DNA from: Guillardia theta CCMP2712
Lineage: Eukaryota > Protista > Cryptophyta
NCBI RefSeq assembly: GCF_000315625.1
Contig: NW_005434577.1
Span: 62,253 to 126,252, forward strand
Reading direction: 5' to 3'
DNA: 64,000 nt
Below the pieces are notes generated by a model. That model saw only the letters and a program-made list of their open reading frames with translations, searched no databases and had not been told where the DNA came from. Both the position numbers and the translations under genes were made by a program. Every line of letters starts with the position of its first letter. Within the stretch, counting starts at the first letter, position 1. Positions 12,253 to 26,267 of the stretch are shown one piece after another.

Positions 12253-12315
12253 TTCTTCCCCCCCCTCGCCGCCTTGCTTCATCTCCTCCTTTGCATCCAG
12301 CGCTGTCTCAGGCAT
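6968..12315 (-). CDS. Multi-exon Ca2+-binding scaffold: acidic N-terminus, EF-hands, WD40 propeller, probable C2 domains, further WD40-like repeats
   Basis: EF loops DTDKGGTLEVD (~10860-10900), DADKSGTIDANE, DTEGKGEIGWVD, DFDKSDSIDIME, DKDDSGEIDFKE; WD40 repeats (HSGYVRCVAW...SSDKTVKFWN, GHSNWVRWIQF); C2-like segments (TPQWRKEMYF...LELTV, WYVVRNEDRKSRGSVRLKFSY); last exon ...VIRWDLEGWIKTRMRKR*. Linkage of the 5' acidic exon is inferred. Confidence 0.75.
10950..11247. repeat. 18-bp minisatellite (GAGACGAAGGGAGGAGGG)n, probably intronic
   Basis: About 16 copies; a minus-strand GT donor lies immediately before it (~11250) and the EF-hand exon resumes after it. Confidence 0.85.
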
Positions 12316-12545
12316 TAGCAAGCTTTTCCAACGAACATGAAGGAACTTTTGGCTTTGGGTTAATCTAAATCGCTTGTAGGAGAGATTCGCCGGATGATTC
12401 CCAAAACTTTCATAGATAATTCAAAAGAATTAGTATAATTGAAATATCAAATTAAATTTGATGGAAATAAACGCCTCATTCGGAAAAATCTTGACGGCCC
12501 TAAGAACATGATTGGGGAAGTACCGTACGGCAGTCTCCTGCTGGT

Positions 12546-12702
12546 TGTCTTCGTACTGATTTTAACTTACCTTTGAGTAAACTCAGTTGTATTGGCCCGG
12601 AATCATCTGTCTTCGTACTGATTTTAACTTACCTTTGAGTAAACTCAGTTGTATTGGAATCATCTGTCCTCGTACTGATTTTAACTTACCTTTGAGTAAA
12701 CT
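12546..12702. promoter_or_regulatory. Triplicated AT-rich motif TCGTACTGATTTTAACTTACCTTTGAGTAAACT in a divergent promoter region
   Basis: Three tandem units of 57-62 bp (last partial) between divergent genes, followed by a GC-rich patch; related copies at 27497-27526 and 58424-58462. Regulatory role is inferred. Confidence 0.5.
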
Positions 12703-12838
12703 GCCGGACCTGGGTCAGATTGGCCTTCCCGAACATCTGATGTCGGCAGTGTCTGCCGCGGCCCGCGGGGGGACTCCGAGGCCCGGGAATTCGGAGTGAT
12801 ATGTGGGGGGATGAGGGCAACAACAATCTACGAAAAAC

Positions 12839-14447
12839 ATGGGCGAGGACAAGAAAGATAAGAAGGACAAGAGGGACAAGAAAGATAAGAAGGAGAAGAA
12901 GGAGAAGAAGGAGAAGAAGGAGAAGAAGGACAAGAAGGACAAGAAGGACAAGAAGGACAAGAAGGACAAGAAGGACAAGAAGGAGAAGGAACAGAGGGAC
13001 AAAAAAGAAGTTTCTAACAAACATTCCTCGTCTGACGACGACGAAGCTGCGGGGGATAGCAAAAGCGCACCAGACAACAATTCAATCGGGCCCTCCATCC
13101 CAAGTGGATTCAAGTTTCCAGCACCCAGCAGTCAGGATGACAGCGAAGAGGAGGCTGGGCCAGCGGCTCCCAGCAGCAGCCCTACGCAGGCAGCCCAACA
13201 ATCGCAGACGGCCGTAGGAGGAGGAGCAAGGAGAGCAGGACCAGCTCTCCCCGAGGGCATCGACCTCGCCAAATTAGCTCAGGAGACATCTCAGGTAGAT
13301 TGGCAGCAGAAGGCATTGGAGGAGGAGGAGGAGGAGGAGAATCTAGTTGGACCGGTGCGTCCCGACCAAGTAACGAGGGGTTACGTGATGGCGAGCATAG
13401 CGGCTGAGCAGCGTTTGTTGAACGAAGCGTTGAGCAAGATGGAAGAAGACGAGGAGGCTAAGGCGCCGAAGCATGAGGGCTGGTGAGTCAACTGTGTTAG
13501 CCCTCCCTGCTGTGAAGTCGTTCACCGTCGTCTCAGGATGACTATGATTCCGGACTCCAAGGCGTTGGGGTTCTCGGTCGCTCAGCTGGAGGAGATGCAG
13601 AAGAATCGCAGGAAAGAGAGAGGAGGGTTGACGCTCAGCACGGGCTGACATGCGCGAGCAGTAGCTTCTCCAAGACTGACAAGGACCTGAGCGGCGACAA
13701 GTCTGCATGGACGGACACCCCAGCAGAAAAAGCCAAGAAGGAGCGGGAGAAACAGTTGGGTCTTGATGGAGGTTGCTGATGACCTGCTGAGAGTGCAAGG
13801 GGGATGGTAACTGTGCGCAAGGGAGGAAGAGGAAGGAGACGGCTGCGGAGGAGATGGAGACGACCTCGCGTGCCGCATCGATCATCGAGCAATACAACGC
13901 TACAGTGAGTTTGAAAGGATGATCGCTAAGACGTTGAGAGATATGGATCATGACAGGTGAGGCCTAAGTCTCTCGTTGAGATCCACCAAGAACAGGCTCG
14001 CAAGAAGTCCAAGTCTTGTGCGTTGCCATGTGACGCTGTTACTGCGTGATCTGCTTTGCTCCTTTTCAGCTAAGGAAGGAGACAACTTTGAGCTCGGCAG
14101 CTGGGACAGGAGCAGCATAACAGAAACGAAAGTGAGGGATCCAAAGGTAGGTACAGGAGGAGGAGGAGGATGAGGAGGAGGGGAGGGTAACAAGAGTGAA
14201 ATGCTCCTGACAATCCTGGTGCAGTCTGTCAACAAAATGATCCAAGATGCCCAGGTTGACTGCCTTGTCTTCTCTTGCCCTCCCTTCCTCTGCCTTGCCC
14301 TGCCCTGCCTTCCTCTGCCCTGCCCTGCCCTGCCTTCCTCTGCCTTGCTCCCTTCCCTTGGCTAACCTCATCTACTTGGCGGTGTGTGACGTGGCGTGTC
14401 AGAATTTGAATTCAAGATTCGGTGGGGGGAAGTTTCATGGGTTTTAA
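12839..14447 (+). CDS. GPALPP-motif / DUF3752 family protein (GPALPP1-like), multi-exon
   Basis: Lys-rich N-terminus, GPSIP/GPALP motifs, spliced HEGWMTMIP, DKSAWTDTPAEKAKK, EQYN...SLVEIHQ, C-terminal NLNSRFGGGKFHGF*. Confidence 0.8.
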
Positions 14448-14569
14448 TAAGACACTGAGGGAAGCGATAATAACATGAGATAAACTTACGTGGCAAGGAA
14501 GAGGAGGGAGAAAGAGAAGAGGGAGCGAGAGGGAGAGGATGGTTGAAATACAGCATGCTACAGCAGTCA

Positions 14570-18735
<4,166 letters not shown>

Positions 18736-19219
18736 GGCGGCGCTGGTCAAGAGTTGACGTCTCGACCGTTGATGGAGGAAACAAAAAACACCTTTACACC
18801 TCTGCATCAATTGTTTTTTTCAGTAAGGTCTGTTCAAATTCAAGTGACGCGGCCGGCCCCGGGCCCGGTGCAGGGCCCCTCAATCACCCCAGTCAAGTAT
18901 TATTGATGTGGAGTAAATCTAACTTCATTCGTCGATATCATTACTGGCAAACATCACTAATTCAGAAACTACATCTAGCAATCCACAAGCATGTAAGTTT
19001 GAAACTGCTCTTTCGATATTGCATATCGCAGCGAACTCATGCTCCGATGTCTTCTTTTGTGCTTGACACAGAGAGTCGTGCTCACTCAGAATCCTTCGGA
19101 TGATTTTACATCGGGTGTTGCCGTCAAGGGTTCTGAACGTTTCACAAACTGTCTGAATGAACAGCTCGGAGTCTGCCTTGGTATGCTTCTTTGGGGGACA
19201 TGGATCAACATGCTCATCC

Positions 19220-19444
19220 TGTTGTATACACAACACAGAGGTTCAGAACGAGGCTAAGTAGAAGTTAGGAGATAACTTGAGAGCAAGAGAACAAAGGTAG
19301 ACTACGTTTACTTAAGGTAAACTGCACACACGCACTGCGCACGGTAGTGCATGCGCGTCAAAGGGAGGCCCTATTTAGATGTCAGGGCGGATACTAAGTA
19401 CCCGTACGAGTATCCGAGACGTCCGGATCCTCACGGATACAACA
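19220..19444 (-). repeat. 3' LTR
   Basis: TGTTGTAT...ATACAACA termini; one substitution seen versus 24904-25128. Confidence 0.97.
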
Positions 19445-19516
19445 TCGCTCCCATCTGCGCTTGACAACATAGTTCCATCTTGTCCTTCGCTGTCACATGA
19501 GGATCGACGACGAGGA

Positions 19517-22500
19517 TCAATTGTCTGAATCAGAAGAGTCCGACGGCGGAAGCGCGGAGGTGGGGAGAGCTTGAAAGTCCTGACGGGCTTCGAATTGACG
19601 AATCAATTCACGCAATCCTGTCTTGCGTTGCAGAAGATGCGCAGGCAACCAAGTGCTTTCGCTAGCTTGATTGTAACCAGTCCATTTGACGAGATATTGA
19701 GTGCCACGGCCACGACGACGTTTGCTGAGAATGCTCTCGATTTCATATTCGAGGCCGTCGCGAGTGACGAGCGGGTCAGGCGGTAGGTCTGGCGACATGT
19801 AAGCAGGATCTCTGTCGACGTGAGGTCGAAGCCACTTGATGTTGATCACGGTGTTCCTGATGGAAGCAAAGCGCGATGAGACTTCGAGACGCACAGTGTT
19901 GTCCGAGACAAACTCCAGGATGCGAAAAGGGCCGACGAAGCGAGGGTTGAGCTTGGCAGAAGCGTCGGGAAGGTTGAGGTTGGCAGTGGAGAGCCAGACC
20001 ATGTCACCAACTTGGTAACTGCAGGGTCGACGAGCAAGAGCTAGGCGATCCTCGGTGGCACGAGCAGCTTGTTCCAGGGCGTCACGAGCGGCTTGAGCGC
20101 TGACTTCAGAGGCTTCGATGATGGAATCTAACGTTTCCTCCTGATGATCAGCGGCAGCTGGAAGAGTGAGCTGAGTGCGGATCTGCTTGCCAAACATCAC
20201 TTCGAAGGGGCTGAGTCCAGTAGGACGTCGCACGGCGGCGTTAAGATGGGTCTCCAGGATGGGAAGATACTTGTCCCAGTCGGCACGAGGGTACTGATTG
20301 CAGTAGATGCGAAGAGCTTCGAGCACAACTGAGTTCATACGCTCGGGTCGGCCGTTGCTTTGAGGCATGAAGGGCGACGAATGCTTGACGTGAACGTTGA
20401 GCATCTTGAAAAGCGCATTCCAGAACTTGGAGGTAAAGATGGCAGCGTTGTCGCTGATGAGAACCTTGGGAAGGCCTTGCGAACGAAACACTGTCTCGAT
20501 GAACTTCTGAGCGGCTTGCTCAGAGGTAATGGTTTTACGACAAGGTGTCAGGTACACCCGTCCTGTGAACTCATCAATGAAGAGTAAAATAGAATCATTC
20601 TTATCTGAGGTCCGAGGTAGGCCAGTGAGGAGGTCGAGAGACACGACTTCGAATCGGTTGGCCGGCACTGCGTGGGAGTGCGGGTTGCCCATCTGCGTTT
20701 GGCGATAGGACTTGCCTTGAAGACAGTGAGTACACGAGAGGATGTACAGCTCGGTGTCCTTGCGGAGTTGAGGCCCGTAGACGGTCGCGGCGAGTTGTAA
20801 GTAGGTCCGCGAGAATCCAAGGTGAGACTGCAGATCGTGAGCACGTTGCAAGACTTCGCGCCGAAGAGCTTGAGGAATGCAGAGGCGCACGCGACGTAAC
20901 GAATCTGTGTAGAAGAGTAGGCCGTCGTCGAGATGATACCGGGAAACAACTGTCTTGGATTGCAGACGTCGAATGATGTCCTGACTGAACGAGCAGGCAG
21001 GGTAAGCGGCTCGAATAGCTTCGGTAAGCGGTTCGAGGGTGCTCACGGTGAACGCAAGCAAGTATCCGTCTTCAGGACGGATGAGCTGCTCATGATGCGG
21101 AGCATCAGTGGAAAGGGCAGGGAGAGGAACTTCGTCCTGGCGGCTGAGAGCATCAGGCACGATGTTTTCGGAGCCTTTCACATAGCGAAACTCGGTGATA
21201 GCAAACTCGCTGAGGGTCTGGAGCCAGCGGATGAGACGACTGCTGAGCTCTTTCTGAGTTTGGAAGTAGGTCAAAGCCTGATGATCAGTAAAGACTTTGA
21301 ACGCGATGCCAAGAAGATAAAAGCGAAAAAACAAGAGAGTATCCTTGATTGCAAGAAGTTCGCGCTCAGTGGCATGATGGCGCTGTTCGGTTGACGTAAG
21401 CTTGCGACTGTAGAAACCGACTACGCGAGCGGATCCTTGAGCGGGCTGTTGTAAAAGAACACCTCCGATACCGACATTGGATGCGTCGCAATGTACTTCC
21501 GTGGGCAGAGTTGGATCAAAGTGATGAAGAATCGGCTGGGAGGTCAAGGCGGCTTTGAGAGAATCAAAGGCCTGTTGACACTCAACGGTCCAAGCAAAAG
21601 CGACGCCTTTACGAAGGAGATCAGTGAGCGGGGCAGCAATCATCGAAAAGTTTCGGATAAATTTGCGATAATATGACGCCAGTCCGAGGAACATTTTGAC
21701 ATGCTTGGCTGTAGTAGGCGTCGGCCAAGCGGAAATAGCAGCGGTCTTGGCGGTCTGCGTGGTCACACCTTCAGCAGACACATGATGACCGAGGAAATCG
21801 ACACTGGTGCGAAAGAATTGAGCCTTAGATTTCTTGAGAAAAAGTTGATTTTGACGACAACGGTCCAAGACGGCTCGAACATGATCAGCATGTTCTTCCC
21901 ATGTCGAATAGGTGCCGATCACGATGTCATCGATGTATGCGAATGCAGCCGGAAGATCATGAAGGACTTGTTGAATAAATTCTTGAAAGATGCTGGTGGC
22001 TGTAACAAAGCCGAATGGCAGGCGCTTGTATTGAAAGCGACCTATGGGGGTGACGAACGCAACGTACTTGCGGTCGGAAGCGCGCACTAGCAGTTGCCAG
22101 AAGCTTTTGATACAATCCAAGGTAGTGACGCAGAGCTGCGTGTTAGGACGTCTAGCAGCCTGACCTTGGCGAACGATGTCCGCGAGACGTTCGAGCATCT
22201 CGTCGACCGTGGGAGTAGAGACTTTCGGTTGATTCAAGACGACCTGGTTCAAGCGGCGCAGATCACAGCAAAAGCGATAACTCTTGGGATCAAGTGGGGA
22301 GCGAGGGTCGTTTGGGCGTCGAGAGAAGAGTACGGGAAAGCCAAACTCACTGGATGACGGCTCAATGATGTCATGCTCAAGCATATATTCGATGGTGGCT
22401 TTCAATTCGCCTTCCAGGTGAAGCGGCACGCGATATGGGCGGCTGTTAATAGGCAATGTCCCGGGCTTGAGATGAATCTCGGCTTCGAACGAGCGATTAA

Positions 22501-23374
22501 GCTTGAGGTTGGTCGGAAGGTCGTCGACCAAGATGTCTGCATATTCAGTGCAGAGGTCGGCAGCTAGGCGAGCTGGGGTACCCGTGAGGGGGTCGGTAGT
22601 GGATGCTGAGGACGAGTCCGGAGCGATAGCCATACATTGCACAAGGAACCACTCGTCCTCCGGATGGGCAGCGCGAAGGGCATGCGCATCCGTCAGCGAG
22701 AGTGTTGTGACGGCCAGCACAGAGTTGTCGTAAGGAATCTGGTGCAGACTTGGCAGACAGACGGGCTTGGCTGATGACTTGCTGTCCACGTAGACTTCGC
22801 GTGTCTTGGGATGATAGACAGCGTTGTGAGCGTGTATCCACTGGAGGGAGAAGATCAGTGGCTGGGAACAATTCGGTAAGATATGAAACGTATCTGTAAA
22901 AGAAAGACGTCCAATGCGATAGGTCAGCGAGATGGCGCCGAGAGTTTCCACGCGCCGATTGTCGGCGACTTGAACCACAAATCGATGTTCGCGAGAAATG
23001 CGAGTGTCAGCGATTTTCAGCTGGCGAAGAAGTTGCTGGGAGACGATGTTGAGTGTAGCACCATGGTCCAGCAGAGCAACGGTTTCTGTTGCAGACGCAT
23101 TCGAGGATGAACCGAAACAAACAGGTAAGCGAATGAGTTCGGGTAAGATGAGCTCGAGAGTAGCCGAATTGCAACTCTGACTCGGGGCCAAGCAGGGGCA
23201 GAGGTTGATCTGACCCGTGGAAGAAGACGTGAGGGTGGTACACGTCGCAGGAGGCAGCACAAAAGAGCTTGGCAAAGACGTACGGGTGCTGGAACCTGGT
23301 AAGGGAGGGGCATTAAGCGAATTGCCGGCAGGAAGGTCTGTGGACCCCCTCTTTCCTGCCGTCACTCGTTTCCC
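19517..23374 (-). CDS. pol: Pol polyprotein (protease, reverse transcriptase, RNase H, integrase, chromodomain)
   Basis: LLDHGA, LDCIKSFWQ, RLPFG, YIDD, DASNVGIGGVL, TDHQAL, HHCC, D-D-E (SLDLL / SDNA / RPERMN), GPF, YEIESIL...YLVKWTGY...STWLP; 1282 codons with no stop. Confidence 0.97.
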   Translation of the reverse strand, partial: GKRVTAGKRGSTDLPAGNSLNAPPLPGSSTRTSLPSSFVLPPATCTTLTSSSTGQINLCPCLAPSQSCNSATLELILPELIRLPVCFGSSSNASATETVALLDHGATLNIVSQQLLRQLKIADTRISREHRFVVQVADNRRVETLGAISLTYRIGRLSFTDTFHILPNCSQPLIFSLQWIHAHNAVYHPKTREVYVDSKSSAKPVCLPSLHQIPYDNSVLAVTTLSLTDAHALRAAHPEDEWFLVQCMAIAPDSSSASTTDPLTGTPARLAADLCTEYADILVDDLPTNLKLNRSFEAEIHLKPGTLPINSRPYRVPLHLEGELKATIEYMLEHDIIEPSSSEFGFPVLFSRRPNDPRSPLDPKSYRFCCDLRRLNQVVLNQPKVSTPTVDEMLERLADIVRQGQAARRPNTQLCVTTLDCIKSFWQLLVRASDRKYVAFVTPIGRFQYKRLPFGFVTATSIFQEFIQQVLHDLPAAFAYIDDIVIGTYSTWEEHADHVRAVLDRCRQNQLFLKKSKAQFFRTSVDFLGHHVSAEGVTTQTAKTAAISAWPTPTTAKHVKMFLGLASYYRKFIRNFSMIAAPLTDLLRKGVAFAWTVECQQAFDSLKAALTSQPILHHFDPTLPTEVHCDASNVGIGGVLLQQPAQGSARVVGFYSRKLTSTEQRHHATERELLAIKDTLLFFRFYLLGIAFKVFTDHQALTYFQTQKELSSRLIRWLQTLSEFAITEFRYVKGSENIVPDALSRQDEVPLPALSTDAPHHEQLIRPEDGYLLAFTVSTLEPLTEAIRAAYPACSFSQDIIRRLQSKTVVSRYHLDDGLLFYTDSLRRVRLCIPQALRREVLQRAHDLQSHLGFSRTYLQLAATVYGPQLRKDTELYILSCTHCLQGKSYRQTQMGNPHSHAVPANRFEVVSLDLLTGLPRTSDKNDSILLFIDEFTGRVYLTPCRKTITSEQAAQKFIETVFRSQGLPKVLISDNAAIFTSKFWNALFKMLNVHVKHSSPFMPQSNGRPERMNSVVLEALRIYCNQYPRADWDKYLPILETHLNAAVRRPTGLSPFEVMFGKQIRTQLTLPAAADHQEETLDSIIEASEVSAQAARDALEQAARATEDRLALARRPCSYQVGDMVWLSTANLNLPDASAKLNPRFVGPFRILEFVSDNTVRLEVSSRFASIRNTVINIKWLRPHVDRDPAYMSPDLPPDPLVTRDGLEYEIESILSKRRRGRGTQYLVKWTGYNQASESTWLPAHLLQRKTGLRELIRQFEARQDFQALPTSALPPSDSSDSDN
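23305..23374 (-). promoter_or_regulatory. -1 programmed ribosomal frameshift signal (G GGA AAC plus stem-loop/pseudoknot)
   Basis: Slippery heptamer one codon before the gag TGA; pol is in the -1 frame; 7-nt spacer, then a GGCAGGAA/TTCCTGCC stem. Confidence 0.85.
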
Positions 23375-24878
23375 GAGGATCGGGCCGAGATGGTTTGGAG
23401 GGCAGCCAACAGCTGAGTGTGGCGCTCCTCTTCACGAGAATACCTGTCTTGAGTAGCTTTCCAAGCTGGACAGTCGGGCTTGACATGTCCTTTCTCCTGG
23501 CAGTAGTAGCAGCGAACTTCGCGTGGTTTCTTAGAACCGCGTGCAGAATTACCTTTCCCTTGGGCAGAACCAGCGCCTTTTCCGCGAAGTTAACCAGACG
23601 AAGAGGAGGAGGCTTGAGCAGCAGCAGCAGAAGCAGAAGGTGTCGACATCGAGCGATTGGACGGCTCAAGTAACTTCTGTGTGTAGGCGACAAGTTGAGA
23701 CGGTGCCGCTATGTTTTGAAAACATAGCGGCACCTATTCCGTAGTGGTCGCGATAAATGGCGAACCAGGTATGCAGCGAGCCACGCGTCTGAGCGTGAGA
23801 GAACCCATTGATGAAGAGACGTAAGGTCGTGTCATTGACGTAAAGAACTGCTGGGCTGACTTGCTTCTCAAGTGTCTTGAGCAAGGTCGTAGCACGCGCC
23901 AAATAAGCCCAAGCATTCTCCGCAGAGGACTGCTTCAGCGGGCGCCATGCAGTTGCGGAGCTGATTGCCAAACTCGGTCCAGGAAAGACGATGGATGTCC
24001 ATCTGCGAGGGATAGATACAATCGAGCATCACCATTACCTCTTCCGTAATCAACGGGCATATGGATTGCACCCATTTGGCTTCGGGGATCTCTTGCGAGG
24101 CCAGAGCTCGTGAACACTGCCGAAGAAAGTCATCGATCGAACGTGTATCGGTCATACCCTTGTAGGTGGGGATGCGGCTCCCGTTAAATTTGGGCGCCAC
24201 GGTGGGAGTAGGCAGAACTTGGAAAGTGTCCGTCGAAGGCGCGGATGGCGGAGTGAGCTGAGCTGGCACGATGCTGTCCGATGGGACCTTCAGGGGGACG
24301 GAATTCATAGATGGAGCTGGCATCGGCGTGAGGACAGCATCCGACAGGGGCGCCTGGCCGGTCAGCATGGAGAGCTGAGGCGCCAGCACGGCAAGACGTG
24401 GGTCATTGTCGGCTAAGATGGCACAAATGTGGCCGAGCAGTTGGAGGCATTTGTCTGTTTTAGCATCCAACGCTGCGAGGTGATCAGAAGAAAAATTTTC
24501 TGACCTGGGCAGACATGCAGGATTTGCAGAAGAGGCTGCTCGTGGTTGAGCTGTCTCGACTGATCTTGGAACATTTGGTTGGGAAGCGTCCTCCCCGATT
24601 CGGGCCCGTTGCTCCACGCCTGCTGGCATGATGCTTTGCATGTCTCCGCTCATAATAAGTTGTGTCGGGATAATCTCGGCGTCCGTTCCATGAGCACTAA
24701 GAATTTCCGTTTCCCGAGCAGGGGAGATCGATTCTTGAATCTCCATTCCCTCTTGTTCGCTACCAGAGTCTTCTTCTTGAATGAATCTTAACTCTGATTG
24801 TCTGCTTCTTGACGATGGGCTTCTCCCTGAAGCAGCTTGCTTTCTGTATCCTGTTCCTCTACCGTACTTCGATGGCAT
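23362..24878 (-). pseudogene. gag: Disrupted gag
   Basis: Capsid-like PTYKG...IDDFLRQC and LKQSSAENAWAYLAR, CCHC knuckle CYYCQEKGHVKPDC (23470-23511); two frame changes and an internal TAA at 23590-23592. Confidence 0.85.
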
Positions 24879-24903
24879 GAATGAACCAACTTCGCTTCCA
24901 GAA

Positions 24904-25128
24904 TGTTGTATACACAACACAGAGGTTCAGAACGAGGCTAAGTAGAAGTTAGGAGATAACTTGAGAGCAAGAGAACAAAGGTAGACTACGTTTACTTAAG
25001 GTAAACTGCACACTCGCACTGCGCACGGTAGTGCATGCGCGTCAAAGGGAGGCCCTATTTAGATGTCAGGGCGGATACTAAGTACCCGTACGAGTATCCG
25101 AGACGTCCGGATCCTCACGGATACAACA
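24904..25128 (-). repeat. 5' LTR
   Basis: Direct repeat of 19220-19444. Confidence 0.97.
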
Positions 25129-25678
25129 AGATGAACGGTTCGTTAAACAAGTCGAGAACGGTGGAACTCCAATGAATGAACTAGACCACCTGCACCTTGA
25201 ACTTTCTCGCATCAAGCGCCCATTTGTACAGCAAGCTGCACAAGCCAAGGCCTTGAAAATTGCAGATGAAATAAGGCCAGTGGAAGGGTGTTCTACACGT
25301 CTAGTTCCTCTTCAGCCGCACAAGAAGAAAAGCCGTCAGATGACAAATGTTCCTTTCTAAAACGAAACTGCTCCAGAAACTCTGCGTCCGTGAAATGTTC
25401 TGCAGATTTGAAACTCCCTCGTGAATAAGACCTCATGTACGGTAGAGAAATCCAAATGAGGTGACGATGAAGTAATGCACACAAAGCATTTAACCTGCAG
25501 ACAATCAACTTGGAAACAAACGATCCAAATCGAGAGCGGTGGAACCAATCAACATGCACACAAAGGATGTTGAGGAGCCATTTCACACGTCGTTTCGCAA
25601 TGTATTGCTCCATATGAGATAGGTGTGTGCGCCTGATGGATAGCATGTAACTCCTTGTACCATTTACTACACCCCTTA

Positions 25679-25858
25679 CCAAAAAATGAATTTAGGGGAG
25701 CTCCGAGAGCTCCGAGGGGATCTGGTACCAACAAACGAGGGATCTGGTACCAAAAAATGAATTTAGGGGAGCTCCGAGAGCTCCGAGGGGATCTGGTACC
25801 AACAAACGAGGGATCTGGTACCAAAAAATGAATTTAGGGGAGCTCCGAGGGGATCTGG
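25679..25858. repeat. 71-bp tandem repeat, about 2.5 copies
   Basis: AAAAAATGAATTTAGGGGAGCTCCGAG...GGATCTGGTACC starting at 25681, 25752 and 25823. Confidence 0.92.
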
Positions 25859-26267
25859 AGATTAGAGGCTAAACCATACACCACCACCCACACCACCACG
25901 GAACCCTACCCCATCACACTCCACACAGTGACCTCTCACTCCAAGAGATTTAGCAATTCCTCATACAAGCTTCTTCCAGCCGTAGTAGAATCAAGAACAG
26001 GGGGTTAACCAACAATATTTGGCGCTGGGATAGGATGTAGATGAGATACGACTGCTCAGTGTAGTACTACAAGACCAGTGGGTCAAGAAGCTTCCAAGGG
26101 GGTAAGGGAGTACAGTGGGAGGGGGATGGGGTAGAGAGAGTGAAATGGGGGGGTGGAAGGAGGGAAGGGTTGTCACTTTGAGTAAAGGAGAAGGTTGTAC
26201 GGGTGTCAACATGCACCATGCGAGAGCGACCAATGCTGTCACCCCTGCCAACGTTTGGACAGGAACA

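Larger units (their letters stand above)
19220..25128 (-). mobile_element. Ty3/gypsy (chromovirus-type) LTR retrotransposon, 5.9 kb
   Basis: Two 225-bp LTRs, gag, and pol in PR-RT-RH-IN-chromodomain order; purine-rich PPT-like AGATGGGAGCGA next to the 3' LTR; TGG-initiated PBS-like sequence 3 nt after the 5' LTR. Confidence 0.97.

Noticed and set aside
12546-12702. Mini CRISPR array
   Set aside because: The intervening sequences are near-identical to each other, so this is a tandem triplication.
25689-25840. Telomeric TTTAGGG
   Set aside because: Only one unit per 71-bp repeat, not a telomere array.
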